A DNA stretch of 64,000 nucleotides from Candidatus Multivoradales bacterium (GTDB lineage: Bacteria; Acidobacteriota; Thermoanaerobaculia; Multivoradales; Multivoraceae). The translations under genes were made by a program, and so were the position numbers. The stretch spans positions 2,912,001-2,976,000 of the forward strand of contig CBDCWI010000002.1 of assembly GCA_965223325.1 (NCBI GenBank), read 5' to 3'. The notes under the pieces were generated by a model. The model did not search any database and had not been told where the DNA came from. It saw only the letters and a list, made by a program, of their open reading frames with translations. Shown piece by piece: positions 21,116 through 29,652 of this stretch (position 1 is its first letter; the number at the start of each line of letters is the position of its first letter).

Positions 21116-21158
21116 ATGCTAGATCGGAGATGGCACTACAAGATATGACCTGGGTCAG
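21116..21158 (-). promoter_or_regulatory. Putative Crp/Fnr box with -10 element (class II promoter)
   Basis: CTGAC-CCAG-GTCAT (21158-21145) centred about 30 nt upstream of TAGCAT (21121-21116). Confidence 0.55.
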
Positions 21159-21774
21159 ACTTTCCGCGCAGAATCACGCCGGGACCTGCCTTACGATCGA
21201 CCTCGAGCACGCCACGGTCTCTGAGATCTCCGAGTACCCGATAAACGGTCGCCTCGGCCAGGCCGAGGTCCCCGGCCAGGCCCCGCACCAACGCGACGCG
21301 CACCGCGCTCGCGCCATCTTCCTTTGGGTCGATTGGCTCGAAGTTCGACACGATGGCGACGTAGGCCAGGATTCTAGCCTCGGCGCTCGGTTCCAGTCTC
21401 ACCTCGAGGAGGGCGCGCAAGCGCCTTACTTCACGTGACAGTTCGCCCATGAAGGAAAGTGCAACCTCCGGCCGCTCACGAAACAGCGCCACGACCCGCG
21501 CCTGCTCGAATACACGCACCTGGCTCCTAAGCTCCGCGCGGCAGTCGCAGTGGTAACGCTCGGCATGGAGGGCTGCTTCGGCAACCCAAACGCCCGGTCC
21601 TGATCGCGCCAGGATCAATTCCCGCCCCAACGGGCTGACGCGTGCAAGAACGACCCGGCCGCTCTCGACCTGGAACAAGCGATCGGCAGGGTCATCGCGC
21701 CGGAAGAGATAGCCCCCACGCTCGAGCTCAACTACGCCGTCTGGCTCGAGGGCCCATGTCTCACATAGCGTCAA
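21136..21774 (-). CDS. Crp/Fnr-family transcriptional regulator
   Basis: cNMP-binding-like beta-roll (LFRRDDPADRLFQVESGRV), YHCDC, C-terminal HTH LAGDLGLAEATVYRVL. Confidence 0.9.
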   Translation of the reverse strand: MTLCETWALEPDGVVELERGGYLFRRDDPADRLFQVESGRVVLARVSPLGRELILARSGPGVWVAEAALHAERYHCDCRAELRSQVRVFEQARVVALFRERPEVALSFMGELSREVRRLRALLEVRLEPSAEARILAYVAIVSNFEPIDPKEDGASAVRVALVRGLAGDLGLAEATVYRVLGDLRDRGVLEVDRKAGPGVILRGKSDPGHIL

Positions 21775-21853
21775 TTCTTTGCACCTCCAAGCAGACCCTT
21801 AGTCCAGACAAACCTGGTACGGCTTGCGACCCGCAGGGCTACAATTCTGGCCC

Positions 21854-22081
21854 ATGAGTCTGCTAGAACACCCAGCCCGCGGTCGGCGCCGCTCACTGCG
21901 CCGGGCGCTTCGATCAGGGCGCGCTACCCCGGGGCACCGGCGGGAGCCGGCGAGATCGGACCTCGCGGAGTCATGGGTACCGAGCGCGAGAATTCAGGTA
22001 GAAATCATCCCCAGGCCATGGCCGGAGGTCGCCTCTATCGATGAGAATCCCTGTCGAACCCTGACTGGAGAATCTCTATGA
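21854..22081 (+). CDS. Possible small leaderless ORF (75 aa)
   Basis: TACAAT 8 nt before ATG 21854; its stop overlaps the next gene's start (ATGA). No recognisable motif. Confidence 0.25.
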   Translation: MSLLEHPARGRRRSLRRALRSGRATPGHRREPARSDLAESWVPSARIQVEIIPRPWPEVASIDENPCRTLTGESL

Positions 22082-22686
22082 GCAACTCACCTCCCGCGAT
22101 TCGCTTCTTGCCCTCGGACTCGTTGGTACGATTCGTAGTGCTGGTCGGCGTCGTTTCCGTTGGCGCTCTGTTGCCCGTCGGGTCGGTCGCTGAAGGCCAG
22201 CCTCACGACGAAACGGAGCACGCGGTGCCGGCCTGGTTTCTCGAGCACATCGACTACTCCACTCGCGACGGCGGACGCTTTGTCGCCGACAACCAGACGT
22301 ACCGCTCCGACGCCGAACCCTTCGACGCCTACGTCACCGAGTGGACGAAGGGAGTTGGTGGTTTGAGCCTGCGTGGGCGCATGTTTGCCATGCGCGACGG
22401 GAAAGACGTCGGGACCATGTGGGAGTTCGTCAGCGTCTGGGACCCGGGTACGCAGCGTGTCAAGGCCTTCCAGTTTGGTTCCGATGGCACCTTCGGCGAG
22501 GGCACCATGATCTCGATGGGCGAAGGAAGACACCGCATCACCCAGGAGTTCTGGCGTCCCGACGGAACGAGTTTCAAGGTCGGCCACGACGGTAGGGACA
22601 CGGCCGAAGGGCAAGAGGCCGCGTCGTTCGACATCGGGACCGACGGCTCGTGGAGTCCGCGCCGGTCCTACCTGTTTCGGCGCTAG
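22078..22686 (+). CDS. Secreted hypothetical protein, beta-rich
   Basis: GGAG RBS, hydrophobic N-terminus, plausible aromatic beta-strand pattern. Confidence 0.7.
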   Translation: MSNSPPAIRFLPSDSLVRFVVLVGVVSVGALLPVGSVAEGQPHDETEHAVPAWFLEHIDYSTRDGGRFVADNQTYRSDAEPFDAYVTEWTKGVGGLSLRGRMFAMRDGKDVGTMWEFVSVWDPGTQRVKAFQFGSDGTFGEGTMISMGEGRHRITQEFWRPDGTSFKVGHDGRDTAEGQEAASFDIGTDGSWSPRRSYLFRR

Positions 22687-22719
22687 CTGGCCGAAGCTGC
22701 CCCTAGCAGAGGAGTCGCG

Positions 22720-23817
22720 CTACGGCGTGTCGAGCCGTTCGAAGACCTCGAGCAACTGGCCGAGCTTCTCGAGCGTCACCACGCCCAATAGCTTGTCGTC
22801 TTCCTGGACCAGAAGGGCGGCACTGTCGGTGGTCTGCAACAAATCGAGGACGCGATCGAGCGAGGCGTCGGGAGGCAGGGTCGCAAACTCGCGATTCATC
22901 GCATCGAGCACTGCACCGTCGCGACCATACTCGGCGAGACCCTGCAGCAGGCTCGGACGGTCGAGCAGGCCGGCGACCCGACCCCACGCGTCGACGACCG
23001 GGAAATCACGCTGATGGGTGGCGAGTAAGAGGCGAGTGGCCCACTCGAGAGAGTCCTGGGGCTGCAGCGTTTCGATCCTGGTCATCATCGCGTCGCGCGC
23101 AGTATGGCCACTGACGCGCGAGCGCGTCCGCTGCGCTGCCAGTTCACGGTTGGCCGCACCGAGGATCACGAACCCCAGGAGCAGGAGAATCAGTCGCCAG
23201 CCAACGTCGGCGATCGGGCCGATGACGGCCACGATCCCGAAGCCGAAAGCGAAGGCCTGCGACAGTGCGACGGTCAAGCGGGTCGCTTGCGCCTCGGCAA
23301 TGCCAAGGGCCAGAAAGCCGCGCAGCGCACGCCCACCATCGAGAGGCAGGGCCGGCAGGAGATTGAAGAGAAAGAGCAGCAGGTTCGCGTTGGCTAGAGC
23401 GGTGAGGACAAACCCCACCCGCCCAAGGTCGGGATCAGGCGCCAGGCTGCCGGTGGTCAAGAGCGCCAGGATCGAGAACAAGACGCACAGGATCAGATTG
23501 ATCAAAGGCCCCGCCAGAGCAACCATGAGCTCCGCTAGACCACGCGGCGCTCGCGCTAGCCGAGTGATACCTCCGAAGGGATAGAGCACGATCTCGCGGG
23601 CTTCGATGCCGTAGAAGCGCGCCGCCATCGAATGCCCGAGTTCGTGCAGGATCACGCACAGAACGACCAGCCCGAGGATCAAGAGCCAGGTCCCCACATC
23701 TTCTTCGCGACTCGACGCCCAGGGCACGATCCAGATCGCCAACAATACGAAGGTGACGTGCAACTTGAGCGGGACACCGAAGAGGGTGCCAATCGGCAAA
23801 CTGAAGCGTTGCGTCAT
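22720..23817 (-). CDS. Site-2 protease (M50) with CBS pair
   Basis: HELGH, AGP, NLLPALPLDGG, C-terminal CBS domains. Confidence 0.95.
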   Translation of the reverse strand: MTQRFSLPIGTLFGVPLKLHVTFVLLAIWIVPWASSREEDVGTWLLILGLVVLCVILHELGHSMAARFYGIEAREIVLYPFGGITRLARAPRGLAELMVALAGPLINLILCVLFSILALLTTGSLAPDPDLGRVGFVLTALANANLLLFLFNLLPALPLDGGRALRGFLALGIAEAQATRLTVALSQAFAFGFGIVAVIGPIADVGWRLILLLLGFVILGAANRELAAQRTRSRVSGHTARDAMMTRIETLQPQDSLEWATRLLLATHQRDFPVVDAWGRVAGLLDRPSLLQGLAEYGRDGAVLDAMNREFATLPPDASLDRVLDLLQTTDSAALLVQEDDKLLGVVTLEKLGQLLEVFERLDTP

Positions 23818-25049
23818 GTCGAGCCGCCATCAGCCGCGGTTTCCACCCACTGCGCCAGGCGCTCGAGGCCTCGATCGATCGTGGCCTCAGACACCGCGAA
23901 CGAGAACCTGAGGTACCCGGGCGCTCCGAAGGCACTGCCGGGAACCGTGGCAATGCCGGCTTCCTCGAGCAGGCGGTCGGCCAGAGCGGCATCGTCAGCC
24001 GCGAGGCCACTGGCACCGAGAGCGCCCTCGACATTCGGCAGCAGGTAGATCGAGCCCTCGGGCGGACGGCAACTGAAACCTGGCAAGGCATCGAGCCCAA
24101 GCGCCAGGCGTTCTCTGCGCTCGCGATAGAGCGCCACGACGGGATCCTCGCCCGCATCAACTGGCGGCCGGCTTGCGAGTGCAGCGACGGCACCATGCAT
24201 GGCAAAGGTCGCGGGGTGCGTGACCGCGTGACCCTGGAGCCGGGCTACGCCGGCAAGAACCGCCGGCGCGCAGAGCAGGTAGCCCACCCGCCAACCCGTC
24301 ATCGCGTAGCTCTTGGAAAAGGTCCCGACCAGCGCGACAGTCTCTGGAAAGGCGGAGGCTAGTTCCGCAGCGCTCGCATGCGCACCCTCGAAGACGTAGC
24401 GCTCGTAGGCCTCGTCCGAGACAAGGAGAGCAGAGCGCTCAGCGCAGGCCGCGGCGAGCTCCTCGAACCCGGCCGCCGAGAGCAGCCGACCGGTCGGGTT
24501 CCCCGGCGAGTTGACGACCACCGCGCGGGTCTTCTCGGTCATCGCTGCACGAATCCTCGAGACATCAAGGGCAAAGTGATCTGCCGCCGACATCTCGACG
24601 TTCACCGGCACCCCTCCGGCGATCCTGACCTGGGCGGCAAAGCTCACCCAGGTCGGCGACGGAATCACGACCTCGTCTCCGGGGGCGATGGTTGCCAGAG
24701 CGAGTTGAAAAAGCGCCGCCTTGCCGCCGACGGTGATCAGACTGTCGTCGGTACCGCGCCAGGGCGAGCCGTGGCGCTCGCGATGCCAAGCCGCCACCGA
24801 CTCCCGCAGGCTGGGCAGACCGCGGACCGAGCCGTAGCGCGTCGCGCCGGTTTCGAGGGCGTTTGCTGCAGCCGCCACCGCAGCGCGGGGGCTGTCATGC
24901 GCCGGCTCTCCGGGCCCGAAATCGAGCACCTCGATGCCCTTGCGGCCGAGCGCTCGTGCCTTTTCGGCGAGCTTCAGGGTGGCGGAGGGAGACAAGCCAC
25001 CGACCCCGGGAGACAGGCGGCCGGCACGGGAACTGGCGGCCTGCGACAT
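23814..25049 (-). CDS. PLP-dependent class I/II aminotransferase (AspC-like)
   Basis: GEP, NSPGNPTG, SDEAY, SKSYAMTGWRVGY, PGSAFG. Confidence 0.93.
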   Translation of the reverse strand: MSQAASSRAGRLSPGVGGLSPSATLKLAEKARALGRKGIEVLDFGPGEPAHDSPRAAVAAAANALETGATRYGSVRGLPSLRESVAAWHRERHGSPWRGTDDSLITVGGKAALFQLALATIAPGDEVVIPSPTWVSFAAQVRIAGGVPVNVEMSAADHFALDVSRIRAAMTEKTRAVVVNSPGNPTGRLLSAAGFEELAAACAERSALLVSDEAYERYVFEGAHASAAELASAFPETVALVGTFSKSYAMTGWRVGYLLCAPAVLAGVARLQGHAVTHPATFAMHGAVAALASRPPVDAGEDPVVALYRERRERLALGLDALPGFSCRPPEGSIYLLPNVEGALGASGLAADDAALADRLLEEAGIATVPGSAFGAPGYLRFSFAVSEATIDRGLERLAQWVETAADGGST

Positions 25050-25195
25050 GCGCCGCATGCTAGCATCAGGGGCTCGCCGCCGGCCCCTTCCTGGGCATCA
25101 GATGCCCTTCTTTTCGGGCCTCCATCGCCGCCCTCGCACCGCCTACCGGGAACGGCCGGCCAGGAACCTCCAAAGGCCAAAACGGGTCCTAGCTG

Positions 25196-27133
25196 GTGAA
25201 CGAAGGGATCCAGAGGCGCCCCTTCGACGGACAAGAACTCAGTATGGAACGGCCCCTCAAGAATTCCGGACGAACGCGCTCACTCGCCATGTGCCTGGCT
25301 ATGGGCCTCGTCATCGCCAGTTCGGGACTCGAGGCGCAGATCCGCCGGGTTCACAAGTCGACCCTCGAGCTCGCCCTCGACCGGGTGTCGTACGCGCCCG
25401 GAGATACCGCCCGGCTGGCCGCCGTCGTCACCGTCGAGGACGGCTGGCATATCCAGAGCAACACGCCGAGCCTCGAGTATCTGATTCCAACCGAGTTCTC
25501 GCTCACTACGCCGCCCAACTGGGGCACAGCGGAGGTCAGCTACCCGGAGCACCGCATGTGGCAGGCCGGCTTCGCTTCCGAGAAGCTGGCTGTCTTCGAC
25601 GGCCAAACGCTGATTCACGCAACCTTCCAGATTCCCGAGGACGCAACGGTCGGCTCCACCCCGCTCGACGGCTCGCTCTTCTACCAGGCCTGTGACGACC
25701 GGGTCTGTCTTCCGCCCATCGACCTCGAAGCCTTCGTCGTTTTGACGGTCGGCGAACGCGGAGAAGAGAACGCGCCCCACCTTTTTACTTCGACTGCTTC
25801 GGACAGTTCGGGCACGCCCGGTCCTCGAGATGACAAGAAGGGCGCTGCTCCGCTAAGCGCCGGCCGTCTGCTGGTCATTCTTGGCCTGGGTGTTCTCGGT
25901 GGTCTGATTCTCAACGCGATGCCCTGTGTCCTCCCGGTCCTGTCGCTCAAGGTCTTTGGCCTCGTCCAGGACGCCGGCCATGGCACCGGCTATGTGCGTC
26001 GCGGCAGTCTCGCCACGGCCTTCGGCATCCTGGTTTCCTTCTGGGTGCTTGCGGGGCTCGCCATTGCAGCGCGCAGCGCCGGCGAGGCGGTCGGCTGGGG
26101 TATTCAGTTCCAGAACCCGGTGTTCGTCGCTGCCCTGACAGCTGTAATGGTCCTGTTTTGCCTCAACCTCTGGGGGCTGTTCGAGGTGCCACTGCCACGC
26201 TTCTTGTCCTCGGTTGCCAGCCAGGGCGAGAACAAAGACATAGCGGGACACTTCTCGACTGGGCTCTTTGCAACCTTGATGGCGACGCCGTGTTCGGCTC
26301 CCTTTCTCGGTATCGCGATCGGTTTCGCGCTCAGCCAGCCTGCCATGCTCACTCTCCTGGTGTTCACGGCGGTTGGCGTTGGAATGGCACTGCCTTACCT
26401 GTTGCTCGCCGCAGCTCCGGGTGCTGCCTCCATCCTGCCCCGCCCCGGCGCCTGGATGGAAACGCTCAAGGGTGCGATGGGTTTCCTCCTGGCGGGTACC
26501 GCAGTGTGGCTGCTCTACATTCTCGCCGGCCAACTCTCGAGCGCCCGTCTCGCGCTGGTCGAAGGAGGGCTGCTCGCACTAGCCGGCGGCGTCTGGCTAC
26601 GATCCGGCGCCACTGGCAAGGTGGCGAGAGTCGTAGGGTTGGTCGGGGCGATCGCAGCGGTGGTCGCGACCCTGGCCATCGCCCATACGGGGCGGGGAAT
26701 CTCAGCGGGCGAGCGAGCGCCTCTCCAGCTCTTGACATGGGAGAGCTTCGATCGCGCCCGGGCCGAGCGCCTGGCCGCTGAAGAAGGCCGTCTGGTTTTT
26801 GTTGACGTCACTGCTGACTGGTGCGCGACCTGCAAAGTCAACGAGCGTGTGGTTCTCGAGACCGAACCGATTCGCGATTTGTTCGATAGGCACGACGTGT
26901 TGACCATGAAGGCCGACTGGACCAACCGCAACGATGAGATTGCCACCTTCTTGGCCGACTTCGGGCGCTATGCGATTCCGTTCTACGTGCTGTATCGTCC
27001 GGGGCAAGAGCCGCATGTCTTCGGCGAACTGCTAACTCGCTCGACGGTCGTCGATGTCGTCGAAGAGACCGCCCTTGCCATTGCAGCCGCGTCCTCCGAC
27101 GAGCAAGACGGAGTCCCTCGCCCAGCGGGTTGA
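25196..27133 (+). CDS. dsbD: Thiol:disulfide interchange protein DsbD family (start uncertain)
   Basis: N-domain QACDDRVC, TM motifs NAMPCVLPV and ATPCSAP, thioredoxin WCATC. Confidence 0.9.
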   Translation: MNEGIQRRPFDGQELSMERPLKNSGRTRSLAMCLAMGLVIASSGLEAQIRRVHKSTLELALDRVSYAPGDTARLAAVVTVEDGWHIQSNTPSLEYLIPTEFSLTTPPNWGTAEVSYPEHRMWQAGFASEKLAVFDGQTLIHATFQIPEDATVGSTPLDGSLFYQACDDRVCLPPIDLEAFVVLTVGERGEENAPHLFTSTASDSSGTPGPRDDKKGAAPLSAGRLLVILGLGVLGGLILNAMPCVLPVLSLKVFGLVQDAGHGTGYVRRGSLATAFGILVSFWVLAGLAIAARSAGEAVGWGIQFQNPVFVAALTAVMVLFCLNLWGLFEVPLPRFLSSVASQGENKDIAGHFSTGLFATLMATPCSAPFLGIAIGFALSQPAMLTLLVFTAVGVGMALPYLLLAAAPGAASILPRPGAWMETLKGAMGFLLAGTAVWLLYILAGQLSSARLALVEGGLLALAGGVWLRSGATGKVARVVGLVGAIAAVVATLAIAHTGRGISAGERAPLQLLTWESFDRARAERLAAEEGRLVFVDVTADWCATCKVNERVVLETEPIRDLFDRHDVLTMKADWTNRNDEIATFLADFGRYAIPFYVLYRPGQEPHVFGELLTRSTVVDVVEETALAIAAASSDEQDGVPRPAG

Positions 27134-28250
27134 CCGACTCTTGGACTCGGCAACGCGCACGCTGATCGTTCTGGTCGTCGTCCTGGGCCTGGCGGCGGCG
27201 GCGCTGTTGCTTCTCGGGCCGCGAGTCGAGGAGGCCCGCGCCCCCAAACCGGTGGCCGCGTGGGTTGCGATTCAGCCTGAAGGAAGCGGCACCGCCATCG
27301 TCGGGCAGGTCGAACTGGACGCCGGTCAGAGCTTCGATCTGCACGCGGTGTGGGAGCTCGAAAGACCGAACGGCCAACGAATCTACATGACCGAAGCGAA
27401 AAGCCTCACCCTCGCAGACGGCGAGACGGTCCGAGCTGACGCACTGGTCCCATGGGACCCTCGAAAGCCTACTCGGGTGTTGTGGTTCACCGTCGAAGGC
27501 AAGGTGCCCTACCTGCCGGTCAAGAACGCAAGCGACCTCGAGCGGTTCGGCCTGACGTCCTACCTGCGCGCTGACTGGGGGGATCTTCCAACGGTGCGCG
27601 GCCGACTCGACTCCGATTTCAACCGCCAGCTAGAAGACGGTGAAGAAGAAGCGCGGCACTTCGGCACCCAGCGCTACCAGGTCTGGATCGAAACCTTCGC
27701 CAAGAAGCGCGATCCGATTGCCCTTACCAGCGATCGTTCACCGGGCCCGGAGGAAGCACTCGTCTCGACGGCTGGCTTCCCTTCTGTGGTCGTGCGGCTA
27801 CCGCCCCCGATGGGCGCGGTGTCTTCGGTGTTCGGTCTCACTCAGATCGACCCCCTCGCTCCGCTGCCTGAATCGGCACGGCAGAAGATCGACCGCCTCG
27901 AAGAAACGCGAGTGGCATTCACTTTCGAAGGAGCGATGCGAGAGACCCTCAACGAAACAGGGAAGGACATCGGATCCCTCGCCTGGGAAACGGTCGAACT
28001 GCCGAGTTCTTTGCGTTGGAACGCAACCGTTAAACCCGGCGACCTTCTGCAGTCGGGATCGCGTATCGTAATGCTCTACCAGGACGACAACGAGAACGGA
28101 ACGCTCGACGACGCTGACTACTGTCTCGACTTCGACAGCGGTGCCGCGATTCGCACCATCGAGTCGATCTTTGTCGGGGAGGGCGAACTCGAGTGGGCCA
28201 GGCTCCGAACCCAAGTGCGATCAAGCGACTCCCCCAATGACCCTCTTTGA
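27054..28250 (+). CDS. Single-TM-anchored hypothetical protein
   Basis: One TM helix near the N-terminus, DDNENGTLDDAD Ca-binding-like loop; sits between dsbD and rarA. Confidence 0.7.
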   Translation: MSSKRPPLPLQPRPPTSKTESLAQRVDRLLDSATRTLIVLVVVLGLAAAALLLLGPRVEEARAPKPVAAWVAIQPEGSGTAIVGQVELDAGQSFDLHAVWELERPNGQRIYMTEAKSLTLADGETVRADALVPWDPRKPTRVLWFTVEGKVPYLPVKNASDLERFGLTSYLRADWGDLPTVRGRLDSDFNRQLEDGEEEARHFGTQRYQVWIETFAKKRDPIALTSDRSPGPEEALVSTAGFPSVVVRLPPPMGAVSSVFGLTQIDPLAPLPESARQKIDRLEETRVAFTFEGAMRETLNETGKDIGSLAWETVELPSSLRWNATVKPGDLLQSGSRIVMLYQDDNENGTLDDADYCLDFDSGAAIRTIESIFVGEGELEWARLRTQVRSSDSPNDPL

Positions 28251-29622
28251 CGACCTCGAGCCCGAACCGACGGGACCTGAAACGAAGCGAGCGGCGCCAA
28301 CGGCTCCCGCACCAGGCCACGACGCACCCCTCGCCGAGCGAATGCGACCACGGACCCTCGACGACGTCGTCGGGCAAGACAAGGTCGCTGGTCCGGACGG
28401 CTTTCTGCGACGTGCCGTTCTCACCGATCGCATTCCGTCGTTGATCTTCTGGGGGCCACCAGGGAGCGGCAAGACGACTCTCGCACGTATCATCGCCGGC
28501 CAGACGGGCCGACGTTTCGTTCCGTTCTCAGCTGTCACCTCTGGCATCAAGGAGATCAAGCAGGTCATGTCAGATGCCGAGCGACTGCGACGCGCCGGCA
28601 ACCCAGCTCCGCTTCTCTTCGTCGACGAGATTCACCGCTTCAACCGCGCGCAGCAAGATGCCTTCCTGCCCTACGTCGAAGCCGGGCACGTCGTGCTGGT
28701 CGGAGCAACGACCGAGAACCCGTCGTTCGAACTCAACGGCGCTCTGCTCTCGCGATGCCGAGTGGTGGTGCTCGATCCGCTCGACACCGATCACCTGGTT
28801 GCACTCCTCCAACGCGCCCTGGCCGACTCCGAGAGAGGTCTGGGAGATCGAACGGTGACCCTCAGCGACGGGGCGTTTTCCCAGATTGCGCAGCTGGCCT
28901 CGGGCGATGCCCGGCGCGCACTCAACCTGCTCGAGCAGCTGGTTTCCGATGCCACGGCGCGCCAGGTCTCTTCGGTCGACCAAGCGGCCGTTGTGGAGCT
29001 CGCCCAGCGCAAGGTCCTTCTGTACGACAAATCGGGAGAGGAGCACTTCAACCTCATCTCGGCGCTACACAAGTCTCTGCGCGAGAGCGATCCCGACGCA
29101 GCGGTGTACTGGTTGGTACGCATGCTCGACTCCGGCGAAGAACCGCTCTACGTTGCGCGGCGCATGGTGCGCTTTGCTAGCGAAGACATCGGCACCGCTG
29201 ACCCGCAGGCATTGCCACAGGCGCTGGCCGCCTGGGATGCCTTTCACCGTCTCGGCTCTCCCGAGGGTGACCTGGCGTTGGCGCAGTGCGCGATCTACCT
29301 GGCGCTCGCTCCCAAGAGCATCGCCACCTATCGCGCCTGGAAGGAGGCTCGCGTCGCCGTACGCGAACGACCTGCCGAGCCGGTACCCATGGCGATCCGC
29401 AACGCTCCGACCGAGCTCATGAAGAACGTTGGCTATGGTCGCGGTCATCGCTACGCACCCGAGACCGAGACCGGTGTCGGAGGCATGGAGTGCCTTCCCG
29501 ACGCTCTGTGTGGAACGCAGTTCTTTCGGCCAGCCGACAAGGGCTTTGAACGGCAACTCAAGAAGCGCCTCGAGATCGTTGCCGAGCGCCGGCGGCAAGC
29601 AAGGCTAGACCGGGATCCCTAG
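28237..29622 (+). CDS. rarA: Replication-associated recombination protein A
   Basis: PLAERMRP, WGPPGSGKTT, DEIHRFN, GATTENP, ISALHKS, ASEDIG. Confidence 0.96.
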   Translation: MTLFDDLEPEPTGPETKRAAPTAPAPGHDAPLAERMRPRTLDDVVGQDKVAGPDGFLRRAVLTDRIPSLIFWGPPGSGKTTLARIIAGQTGRRFVPFSAVTSGIKEIKQVMSDAERLRRAGNPAPLLFVDEIHRFNRAQQDAFLPYVEAGHVVLVGATTENPSFELNGALLSRCRVVVLDPLDTDHLVALLQRALADSERGLGDRTVTLSDGAFSQIAQLASGDARRALNLLEQLVSDATARQVSSVDQAAVVELAQRKVLLYDKSGEEHFNLISALHKSLRESDPDAAVYWLVRMLDSGEEPLYVARRMVRFASEDIGTADPQALPQALAAWDAFHRLGSPEGDLALAQCAIYLALAPKSIATYRAWKEARVAVRERPAEPVPMAIRNAPTELMKNVGYGRGHRYAPETETGVGGMECLPDALCGTQFFRPADKGFERQLKKRLEIVAERRRQARLDRDP

Positions 29623-29652
29623 CCCAGCCGCACCGGATCCCGACCGCACCTC

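Noticed and set aside
21814-21829. Sigma54-like TGGTACGGCTTGC
   Set aside because: The GG-to-GC spacing is 8 nt rather than the required 10.
29609-29652. Small direct repeats (ACCGGATCCC, CCGCACC) between the convergent rarA and TPR genes
   Set aside because: Too short and GC-rich to be significant.
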